In this document: positions 1 to 7,335 of the stretch, piece after piece
How the letters are laid out: each line of letters starts with the position of its first letter
Numbering within the stretch: the first letter of the stretch is position 1
Source of the DNA: an uncultured Candidatus Saccharibacteria bacterium
GTDB taxonomy: Bacteria > Patescibacteriota > CPR2 > UBA1875 > CAZAFQ01
NCBI GenBank assembly: GCA_964484885.1
Contig: CAZAFQ010000001.1
Coordinates: 1-37,982 of the forward strand
DNA length: 37,982 nt
Direction: 5' to 3'
Notes under the pieces: generated by a model
Told to the model about the DNA's origin: nothing
Database searches by the model: none
The model's input: the letters and a program-made list of their open reading frames with translations, nothing else
Translations under genes and position numbers: made by a program

Positions 1-13
1 ATCTTTATTCAAT

Positions 14-394
14 TTTATTATTTACAAATCTTGATAAGGAAAAAATGAAAATAGTATTGAGAGCATTTAATAATAAATTACAAGGAGTAATGGAAGTGCC
101 AGAAAACACCACTCCAAGATTCAAACTAGCTCTTGAGCAACCGATACAGATAGCTAATTTTGGTTTTACTAAGAAGGATAATTTTAATTTAATGAAATCG
201 CCAATTAAAACAATCTGTGTTTTTGAATGGACTGGTGGAACATTTGTTGAAGAAGGACACGAGTTTAATGGGGCAAGAGAATATCAATTAGTAGACATTG
301 AAAAACTATGAAAGGAAAAAATGAAAGTAATTAAAATATATAATCAACATAGGAGAGATTGCTATATTGATTTAGAGTGTGAGAGTTGTGGTAA
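14..394 (+). repeat. Copy A of a 381-bp direct repeat (partner 36376..36756)
   Basis: Hand alignment at offset 36362 is identical except pos 33 (g) vs 36395 (a). Identity ends after 394/36756. It is only about 8/13 in the 13 nt to the left. Confidence 0.9.
45..311 (+). CDS. hypothetical early protein, 88 aa (paralog copy A)
   Basis: ATG follows the RBS block AAGGAAAAAATGAAA. The same protein is encoded at 36407..36673. No family recognised. Confidence 0.7.
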   Translation: MKIVLRAFNNKLQGVMEVPENTTPRFKLALEQPIQIANFGFTKKDNFNLMKSPIKTICVFEWTGGTFVEEGHEFNGAREYQLVDIEKL

Positions 395-551
395 GAAGAT
401 TGTTTTTGGAGACGGCTACACCTCTCGAAGGATACACAATAAATATGGAACTGGATTTTCTGTCTGTATGGATTGCCATGAGAAGGAACGTGAGAAGGAA
501 AACGAAATATATAACCGTTATAAAAAGCAACGAGTAGAAAGGACTAAATGA
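321..551 (+). CDS. small zinc-ribbon-like protein, 76 aa
   Basis: Two Cys pairs (CESCG ... CMDCH). Uses the AAGGAAAAAATGAAA start block. The first ~24 codons are identical to the gene at 36683, then diverge. Confidence 0.65.
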   Translation: MKVIKIYNQHRRDCYIDLECESCGKKIVFGDGYTSRRIHNKYGTGFSVCMDCHEKEREKENEIYNRYKKQRVERTK

Positions 552-790
552 AAACCAAACCACCATTTTACGAAACTTCTGATATGGGTACAATCGCCAT
601 GTTAGAGATGTTTAAGTTTCCAATTAGAGAGATAAAAAGAGAAAAGGGCAAAAGTATAGCAGTCTTTGATAGAACAGATGAACTTGAGGAAGCGGTCAAC
701 AACTTTAATGTTGGACTTTTAGAGGGCAACCTGTTTGATTTTAATGACCAGCTGAAAAAAACTAAACACAGGTTATTGCATGCTATTTAA
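548..790 (+). CDS. hypothetical protein, 80 aa
   Basis: ATGA stop-start overlap with the upstream gene. Intact ORF. Confidence 0.6.
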   Translation: MKTKPPFYETSDMGTIAMLEMFKFPIREIKREKGKSIAVFDRTDELEEAVNNFNVGLLEGNLFDFNDQLKKTKHRLLHAI

Positions 791-799
791 TTTTGGTGC

Positions 800-828
800 T
801 TGACAGCGTTGTTTTTTTATAGTATACT
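800..828 (+). promoter_or_regulatory. sigma70-type early promoter (TTGACA-17 nt-TATACT)
   Basis: TTGACA at 800-805, 17-nt spacer, TATACT at 823-828. It lies in an intergenic gap. It shares gtGCTTGACA context with the promoters at 32373 and 34600. Confidence 0.65.
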
Positions 829-851
829 AGAGACAATCGTCAATTATTAAA

Positions 852-1007
852 ATGTATATGCAAAATGTATATGAAAAAGAACTCCAAACATTAGAGAGTT
901 TTTTTGAGCTTAGTCAGCCAGCTGAAACTCTAGACCAATTGATAGAGTACGCCATCGAGGCTTTAGAAGTCGAGCTGGTTTTATCAGGCGTAGAAATTAC
1001 TAATTAA
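852..1007 (+). CDS. small hypothetical ORF, 51 aa (below the ORF-track cutoff)
   Basis: Hand translation gives MYMQNVYEKELQTLESFFEL...VEITN*. It fills the gap between the promoter and the next gene. No SD. Confidence 0.35.
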   Translation: MYMQNVYEKELQTLESFFELSQPAETLDQLIEYAIEALEVELVLSGVEITN

Positions 1008-1022
1008 ATAAGGAGAATTAAA

Positions 1023-1268
1023 ATGACGTTTGACGAATTCGCCAAGGAGCTAACCAAAATACTTGATAAGGTGGCTGAGGAGGAAGAAAAAAAACTAGAG
1101 GCAGAGCAAGCAGAGGAAGAGCCAGAAACAAAAACACGCTATTTTAAAACCCTAAAAGAGGCGGTGAAAATGGCAAAAACAGTAACGCAAGACAGACATG
1201 ACGCCGTAGTTTTTGATACCGAAACGGGCGAAGAATTATTTTATTTTAATGTCGAAGATATTATTTAA
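1023..1268 (+). CDS. acidic hypothetical protein, 81 aa
   Basis: Strong SD (AAGGAG) 6-7 nt upstream of the ATG. Confidence 0.7.
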   Translation: MTFDEFAKELTKILDKVAEEEEKKLEAEQAEEEPETKTRYFKTLKEAVKMAKTVTQDRHDAVVFDTETGEELFYFNVEDII

Positions 1269-1289
1269 TTAGAATAAGGAGGGCAAAAA

Positions 1290-1601
1290 ATGCCAAAATA
1301 TCTACTAATCACAAAAAAACACAACTCGGCGCCAATTTCAGAAAGTACAGCTGATTTATTGGCTTACTATAGAGAGTTGGATTATTCTGTAAGGGAGGCA
1401 GAGAGTGCGGACGATCTTAATCCTTGTTTTTTTCGAAACAGTGGTGTGGTGCGATGTGCCTCTGATTTTCTAGCCTTAGAGGTAACAGATAAAAACAGTT
1501 TAGGGGAGGCACTCGAGGAGGCGCTCTCAGACCTGCCAACCACAAAAGAAACAGAGCAGTTTTATAGCGAAAAATTAGAGGAGCTAAAAACTCAACTATA
1601 A
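1290..1601 (+). CDS. hypothetical protein, 103 aa
   Basis: SD AAGGAGGG upstream of the ATG. Confidence 0.7.
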   Translation: MPKYLLITKKHNSAPISESTADLLAYYRELDYSVREAESADDLNPCFFRNSGVVRCASDFLALEVTDKNSLGEALEEALSDLPTTKETEQFYSEKLEELKTQL

Positions 1602-1706
1602 ATTATGGCGGACTAGGTGAAAGCTTAGCCCGTAATAAATTCTAAACCGAAACAGGAGAGTAATTGTTTTATTTTAGTTTTAATCAAAAAGACTAAATGA
1701 GCCACT

Positions 1707-2174
1707 ATGAGTTACTCAAAGAAAAAACAACTAAAAAAAAACAAGCGTGAGGCAAAAGTCTGCTCTAAGTGCAAAAGAAGGCGGTTGATTAAATTCTTTG
1801 AAAAAGAAACATCTCGGGTTTGCGACGAATGCAAGAGACGAAGTAAAAGACTAAAAAAACAATCCTCTAAAGGCTATATTGAAAAAAAACTCGACACTAA
1901 ATGGAGTGAGCAGGTAAAAATAAAAGCCGGCTATAAGTGCGAGATTTGCGGAACAAGAGAAAACCTCAACTCTCACCATATTTTTTCACGAAGTAATAAA
2001 GCGGTTCGACACGATGTAGAGAACGGTTGTTGTTTATGTGCAAAGCACCATCTTTTCGATTTAAAACTTTCAGCTCATAAAGCGCCAGTGGAGTTTTTGG
2101 AAATAATTAGAGAAAAACGGGGAGAGAAGTGGTATAATAAGCTAAGACAAAAAGCAAAAATACTTTCAACATGA
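1707..2174 (+). CDS. HNH-type / NinG(Rap)-like nuclease with N-terminal Cys-rich basic region
   Basis: N-terminal CSKCK...CDECK pairs. CEICG...NSHHIF...ENGCCLCAKHH resembles the HNH/NinG metal-binding core. Confidence 0.6.
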   Translation: MSYSKKKQLKKNKREAKVCSKCKRRRLIKFFEKETSRVCDECKRRSKRLKKQSSKGYIEKKLDTKWSEQVKIKAGYKCEICGTRENLNSHHIFSRSNKAVRHDVENGCCLCAKHHLFDLKLSAHKAPVEFLEIIREKRGEKWYNKLRQKAKILST

Positions 2175-3415
2175 ACAGACTAGACGATTTTTTTGAGGAA
2201 ACTTGGCAATTTTACAGAAAGCCTCTAAATAATTACACGAAAACAATCGTCCGAAGGTATGATGACTACCTAGTTAGAAAAAAAATAGTTAGAGAAGAGA
2301 TTGCAAAAGAAACTAAGAAGATCGGGCTAAACAAACAAATAATACTACCGACATATCCGCCTTTGCCAAAAGAAAATCCAGTTTTTACAAAACCAAAAAG
2401 AATAGCATTCATCCACGAAGATGTCGGTCATATTACTGGAGGTAGATATTATACATATTTTATTATTTCTGCACTATTAGAGCTAGGGCATGAGGTTACT
2501 GTTTATTCGAATAAAAAAGCTGTGTTCTCACATGAGTTTGATGGTTATAAAAAACCAAACTTCAAGATAGTGACTCAAAACGCTTCTCAGCTTGCTATGA
2601 TTAAAATTCCGGAGGCTGATGTTTTTATGGGATCGCCAATTCATGGTGCAATGAGCGCAATAAAAAATGCACAAAAATACAACAAACCCTGCTTTGTTTT
2701 AATCTTTGACCCATTCCCCATGATGAACAAATTTATCGGCAAGAGAAAATATATTGGGTGGCAACACTTAGTAAAAGATTTAAGAGAAAGCGATACCGAT
2801 GTTATTTCTCTTTGCAATGAAACCAGTAAATATATTTATGATTGGTTGAAAAAAACACAAGACAAAGTTCATCCACTGTATCCATGTATAAACTCAGCAG
2901 AGCTCAGTAAAGTAAAAGAGCAAAAAAGAGAGAAATATGCTCTTTTTATATCGAGGCTGACGAGTCATAAAAGATTCCAGGATGTAGTTATTGCGTGCAA
3001 GCGAGCAAACATTAAGTTAAAGGTCATCTCGTCTATAAATGGGATTAACGCTCAAGAGGTAGTAAAAAAACAAAATGCTAATTCTTTAGTAGAGTTTCAT
3101 CTTAGGGTAAATGACAAAAAGAAATTTGAGATGATAAAACAGGCGAGTGTTGTAATCAACGGTTCTATTTTTGAGGGATTTGGTATTTATGTTGCTGAAG
3201 CTATTGCTTGCGGAACTCCATTTGTGGGGTACGACTATATAACATTTCGAGAAATAAGAGATTATGCTGGCGCAAAAAATATTTATCTAGCAAAACCAAA
3301 AAACATTGATAATTTAACGAGTAAATTAAAACTTGCAATTAAAGAGGAAAACTTTCAAAAGCCAAGCAATATGTTTGATTTTGAGAGAATGGTAGAAAGG
3401 CTAAGCGGAATATGA
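2171..3415 (+). CDS. GT-B fold glycosyltransferase (GT4/Glycos_transf_1-like)
   Basis: C-terminal signature SIFEGFGIYVAEAIACGTPFVG (E-x7-E type GT1/GT4 motif). ATGA coupling to the upstream gene. Confidence 0.8.
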   Translation: MNRLDDFFEETWQFYRKPLNNYTKTIVRRYDDYLVRKKIVREEIAKETKKIGLNKQIILPTYPPLPKENPVFTKPKRIAFIHEDVGHITGGRYYTYFIISALLELGHEVTVYSNKKAVFSHEFDGYKKPNFKIVTQNASQLAMIKIPEADVFMGSPIHGAMSAIKNAQKYNKPCFVLIFDPFPMMNKFIGKRKYIGWQHLVKDLRESDTDVISLCNETSKYIYDWLKKTQDKVHPLYPCINSAELSKVKEQKREKYALFISRLTSHKRFQDVVIACKRANIKLKVISSINGINAQEVVKKQNANSLVEFHLRVNDKKKFEMIKQASVVINGSIFEGFGIYVAEAIACGTPFVGYDYITFREIRDYAGAKNIYLAKPKNIDNLTSKLKLAIKEENFQKPSNMFDFERMVERLSGI

Positions 3416-4053
3416 TTACTGCAATATTTGCTATTAAAAACAGAGATAGGCAGAGAGCAGAGAACTGTATTGATAGTTTAATGGGACAAGATACTAAAAT
3501 TATTGTAGTTGACTATGGAAGCGATGACCTATCTTGGTATGGTGAGGTGTTTAGGTGTGGTTGGATTAGCGTAAAAAGAGATACTGAAGACTGGAATAAA
3601 AGTAGAGCCTATAATATTGGGTTAAGGTTGGTTACGACTCCTTATGTGGTTTTTAGCGACATAGACAATATTTTTGCAGACAATTTTATAGACAGAGTAA
3701 AAGAGGAAGTTGTAAAAGAAAAGTCAGCAGTTTTATGTCAATGCGAAGATTTAGATAAACAAGGGAATGTCTATCGGTTGCATCCTAAGACTGGTTATGG
3801 AGCTTGCTTTGGAATTGACACCAATTGGGTAACATCAGTTGGAGGATATGACGAAACCTATACTTATTGGGGAAATGAGGACACTGACATTGCAAAGAGA
3901 GCAAGCCAATCAGGATATAATTTAGTTTGGCTTGAGCCTCTTATTAAGCACCAACATCATGAAAATGCACCCAGACCAACTCTAGATGAAAACAGGCGGT
4001 ATTTTGAAAAGAAAAAACCAATAATTAGAAATCAACCATGGGGAGAGATATGA
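3412..4053 (+). CDS. GT-A fold glycosyltransferase (GT2-like, Glyco_transf_7C-like C-terminus)
   Basis: IVVDYGSDD nucleotide-binding region, FSDIDN (DxD), and WGNEDTDIAKR resembling the WGxEDDD motif. ATGA coupling. Confidence 0.75.
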   Translation: MITAIFAIKNRDRQRAENCIDSLMGQDTKIIVVDYGSDDLSWYGEVFRCGWISVKRDTEDWNKSRAYNIGLRLVTTPYVVFSDIDNIFADNFIDRVKEEVVKEKSAVLCQCEDLDKQGNVYRLHPKTGYGACFGIDTNWVTSVGGYDETYTYWGNEDTDIAKRASQSGYNLVWLEPLIKHQHHENAPRPTLDENRRYFEKKKPIIRNQPWGEI

Positions 4054-4685
4054 CCGATATTTACATACCCATTCTAAGAACAAATAGAATTGATGAAATT
4101 AAAAAAAACATTTCTCAAACAACTTATTCGCCCTATAAAGTATATTTTATAGTTGAAAAGCCTGATTTTGAGCGACTGAAGGGGTCAACCAGAGATGAAA
4201 TTTTGTTAAATACCTCATCTATGAGCTATCCTGGCGCAATTAACTCGGCTTTCAATCAAACAAATGGTGATTATTTTTTTTGTGGCGCTGATGATTTGAA
4301 GTTTTATCCTAATTGGCTAGAGATTGCTTTGAAATATATTAACGACTATGGCGTTGTGGGAACAAATGATAAATTAAATATACATGTAAAGGCACAAAAA
4401 CACGCAACACACTGCCTCGTAAATAGAAATTACATAAATAAATATAGAGGGACTATTGATGGTTCTTACCCAGTGTTGTTTGAGTACAAACATAATTATT
4501 GCGACACTGAGTTTATCCAAACTGCTATTAAGCGCAATGAATTTAAGCCTTGTCTGGAATCTGTTGTGAGACATGAACATTGGTCTAAAGGTAGAAATAT
4601 GAAAGATGAAATTTATGAAAAATCAGAAAAAACAAAACATATAGACCAGCAAACTTTTAACTCAAGGAGTTATTTATGGCAATAA
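4050..4685 (+). CDS. putative GT-A-like glycosyltransferase
   Basis: FFCGADDLKF DxD-like motif in an alpha/beta-looking N-terminal half. ATG 4050 has a GGAG 4 nt upstream and ATGA coupling. An in-frame ATG at 4038 is the ORF-track start. Confidence 0.5.
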   Translation: MTDIYIPILRTNRIDEIKKNISQTTYSPYKVYFIVEKPDFERLKGSTRDEILLNTSSMSYPGAINSAFNQTNGDYFFCGADDLKFYPNWLEIALKYINDYGVVGTNDKLNIHVKAQKHATHCLVNRNYINKYRGTIDGSYPVLFEYKHNYCDTEFIQTAIKRNEFKPCLESVVRHEHWSKGRNMKDEIYEKSEKTKHIDQQTFNSRSYLWQ

Positions 4686-5560
4686 TAGTGACAGGTCATC
4701 GAGGATTTATTGGTAGAAATATCCTCAAAAGGCTTCAATCAATGAGATATAAAGTCATCACTATTAATGATGATTTAAGATACTGCAAATTGCCAAAGGC
4801 AGACGGGGTAATACATCTAGCATCAAACATGGGAGGGGTGGGGTTTTTTACAACTGAACAGTTTTATCCAATATTAGATAATGTCATAATGGACTCTCGT
4901 ATAATAGAACATTGTCGAAAACACAAGATGAGGCTTTTTTACCCATCGTCAGCTTGCGCTTATCCAGTTTCTACTATGAACACAGGAATTAAATTGGCTG
5001 AGGATTTACTAGAAGAGCCTTTTGAGCCAGACCAAATGTATGGATTAGAAAAATTGTTTATAACTAAACTGGCAGAGCATGCCGATTTTGATTTCAGGGT
5101 TGGAGTTTTGCATACAGTTTATGGAAAGGGTCAAGAATATGAGAGCTGTAAAGCAAAATTCCTCCCGCAGATTTGCTATAAATTTGCTACTCAAAATGAG
5201 ATTGAAGTATGGGGAGATGGAGAGCAAACGAGAACATTTTTACACATTTCTGATGCGGTTGAAATGATTTTAGAAGTGTTTTTTAGCAATAATTATTTTG
5301 GAGCGGTTAATATTTCATCTAGTTTAGAAATAAAAATTAAAGAAGTTATAAATATTTTATCTGAGCTATCAGGCAAAACAAATATTAAGTATAATAAAAC
5401 AAAACCAACTGGACCAAAAAGAAGGGCAGTTGACATGAATAAGTTTAATCGCCACTATAAAACTAGACCTATAATAAACTTCAAAGAGGGACTAAGCGAG
5501 GTTTTTAATTATGTCAAAAGTAACAGCCATACTGCTAGCCTATTACCCAGAAAGAGTTAA
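4676..5560 (+). CDS. extended-SDR NAD-dependent nucleotide-sugar epimerase/dehydratase (GDP-mannose 3,5-epimerase-like)
   Basis: VTGHRGFIGRN Rossmann motif, SSACAYP, YGLEKL (YxxxK), and VWGDGEQTRTFLHISD. SD AAGGAG lies upstream. Confidence 0.8.
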   Translation: MAIIVTGHRGFIGRNILKRLQSMRYKVITINDDLRYCKLPKADGVIHLASNMGGVGFFTTEQFYPILDNVIMDSRIIEHCRKHKMRLFYPSSACAYPVSTMNTGIKLAEDLLEEPFEPDQMYGLEKLFITKLAEHADFDFRVGVLHTVYGKGQEYESCKAKFLPQICYKFATQNEIEVWGDGEQTRTFLHISDAVEMILEVFFSNNYFGAVNISSSLEIKIKEVINILSELSGKTNIKYNKTKPTGPKRRAVDMNKFNRHYKTRPIINFKEGLSEVFNYVKSNSHTASLLPRKS

Positions 5561-6188
5561 AAATATATCATTTATTATTAACGCATTAAAAAATGGAACA
5601 AGACCACCAGATGAGATTGTTGTTTTATGCAATAGACCCGACTTAAATATTGATGGCGTTTTGGTGCGTTCAGACATTAATCTAGGAAATAGAGCCAGAT
5701 ATCCGTTTGCCTTAACTATTCCTTCTGATTATTACTTTTTTATTGATGATGACGTTGCACCCAGGGATATGACAATTGATAATTTTCTAAGTTATAATTT
5801 TGATGGAGTTTTAGGTCATTGTGGAAAAATAACACCAGGTGGCAATTACTCAACGCCCTTAATATGGGCAGATAGAATAAAAGAGGAGAAAGATGTTGAC
5901 TTGCTAATAGGAATTGGCAGTATGTTTGCTTCTTTTAATGCAATCGTTAATATGCTTATTTTAGAAACCACAATAAGAAACACAAAACAATACAACAACG
6001 GCAGAGAAGGTGATATTATTTTATCTATGGCTAATAATTGCAAGGTAGTTACTGCCGACAGTCAATCTATGACTTACAATTTAGATGATGGGAAAGTAGG
6101 AATGTACCTAGAGGATAATCACGTTAAAATGCGAAAAGACACTACTAAATCAATTTATGACGCTAGGCATCGCACTGATTTCGTTTAA
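5511..6188 (+). CDS. putative GT-A fold glycosyltransferase (GT2-like)
   Basis: N-terminal VTAILLAYYPER..., FFIDDDV (DxD). Overlaps the upstream gene. Confidence 0.55.
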   Translation: MSKVTAILLAYYPERVKNISFIINALKNGTRPPDEIVVLCNRPDLNIDGVLVRSDINLGNRARYPFALTIPSDYYFFIDDDVAPRDMTIDNFLSYNFDGVLGHCGKITPGGNYSTPLIWADRIKEEKDVDLLIGIGSMFASFNAIVNMLILETTIRNTKQYNNGREGDIILSMANNCKVVTADSQSMTYNLDDGKVGMYLEDNHVKMRKDTTKSIYDARHRTDFV

Positions 6189-7020
6189 TCGAGGTCAATA
6201 CTTCAAGCAAACAATCAAATCTCTTGAAAATCAAGTTAAAGCGGGAGAGGTTGATTATCATTTATTTCAAGATGGGGCAGTTAATAAATTTTCACATGCC
6301 TTAAAATCAAGACCAGAGTTAATCAGTCAGTCTATTAGAATATTTGATAGAGCAAATCTGAAGCGTAAAATAAAACACATAAGCGAGATGAATATAGGGA
6401 ATGCTTTAAATCAGTTTAGAGCAATAGAGTTCATGAGCCAGTACTATGACTATTTTTTAATTATTGAAGACGATGTTGTTTTATCTAAGTATTATCTAAG
6501 ACTCATCAGAGTTATGATTGAACAATTTTTAAGCGAAAATGATGTTTTTAGCGTTGCACTAAATTTTAAGAGAATGTGCGAGAAAAGCAAGATAAAAGAA
6601 AATTTAGACAAAGCAGGCTACAATTTAAAATTCCCAGGGGCTAATTCATTGCATTGGTGGGCTGAATGTTTTAGTAGCGAGAAATGGCAGAGGGCTAAGC
6701 CTTATTTTCTTGATTATATTAAATTAGTTGAGAATTGCGACTATCAGAGGCGACCGGCTCAAAAAATTAAAGAGTTATTTTATCGAAGCGGTATGTTTAT
6801 TGCGCAAACTTCGCAAGACGCAGGAAAAGACTATGCAATTAAAATGGCAGGCATGAAGCGAGTAAACACAATTGTTAATCGAGGGTTCTATATTGGACAG
6901 ATAGGCTTGCATTTTAATCCCGCTTTATACAACAAAATGGAATATGCTAGTCAGAAACCTTTTGAGTTTAAGAGCGACCTTTTATTAAATTCTTTCAATA
7001 TTTGCGATAAAAACAATTAA
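6157..7020 (+). CDS. putative GT-A fold glycosyltransferase
   Basis: GIALISFNRGQYF N-terminus typical of GT-A. LIIEDDVVLSKYY resembles the EDD motif of GT13-like enzymes. Confidence 0.55.
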   Translation: MTLGIALISFNRGQYFKQTIKSLENQVKAGEVDYHLFQDGAVNKFSHALKSRPELISQSIRIFDRANLKRKIKHISEMNIGNALNQFRAIEFMSQYYDYFLIIEDDVVLSKYYLRLIRVMIEQFLSENDVFSVALNFKRMCEKSKIKENLDKAGYNLKFPGANSLHWWAECFSSEKWQRAKPYFLDYIKLVENCDYQRRPAQKIKELFYRSGMFIAQTSQDAGKDYAIKMAGMKRVNTIVNRGFYIGQIGLHFNPALYNKMEYASQKPFEFKSDLLLNSFNICDKNN

Positions 7021-7120
7021 TTTAATAATTAATGCAATTTGTGCGGGAATAAACCCCTCCCCTACCCCACCACAAAAATATGGTTTTTTGACATTTTACT
7101 TGAGGTAATAGTGGGACATA

Positions 7121-7149
7121 TAGAAAAGTGGGGGATAGGTTGTTATAAT
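7121..7149 (+). promoter_or_regulatory. extended -10 promoter (TGtTATAAT) with weak -35 (TAGAAA)
   Basis: TG at 7141-7142 and TATAAT at 7144-7149. It lies in the 315-bp intergenic gap upstream of the methylase/packaging genes. Confidence 0.5.
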
Positions 7150-7178
7150 AAATTATATACAATAATTATTCAAGAATA

Positions 7179-7334
7179 ATGACGAAACAATTCATTAGAA
7201 AGAATATCAAGCAAGACAGGATTACCACTAGAGGAATGAAGTGGCGATTAATAAAGGATGGCAAGCACTACATTGCTTATGGAAACAAAAAAGATGTAGT
7301 AGATTTTATTTTTAATCTAATAAACAAAAATTAA
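7179..7334 (+). CDS. small hypothetical ORF, 51 aa
   Basis: Hand translation gives MTKQFIRKNIKQDRITTRGMKWRLIKDGKHYIAYGNKKDVVDFIFNLINKN*. It ends 1 nt before the methylase ATG. Confidence 0.4.
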   Translation: MTKQFIRKNIKQDRITTRGMKWRLIKDGKHYIAYGNKKDVVDFIFNLINKN

Positions 7335-7335
7335 T

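Noticed and set aside
2171-7020. Glycosylation island as a DNA base hypermodification (T4-like glucosylation) system.
   Set aside because: No dCMP/dUMP hydroxymethylase, nucleotide kinase or other base-modifying enzyme is recognisable anywhere in the window, so an acceptor base is lacking. I kept it only as a minor alternative to test by nucleoside LC-MS.
7088-7093. TTGACA hexamers at 7088 and 13431 as promoters.
   Set aside because: No acceptable -10 lies at 16-18 nt spacing. The sequence is GTGGGA at 7111, and the nearest TATAGT after 13431 is 23 nt away.
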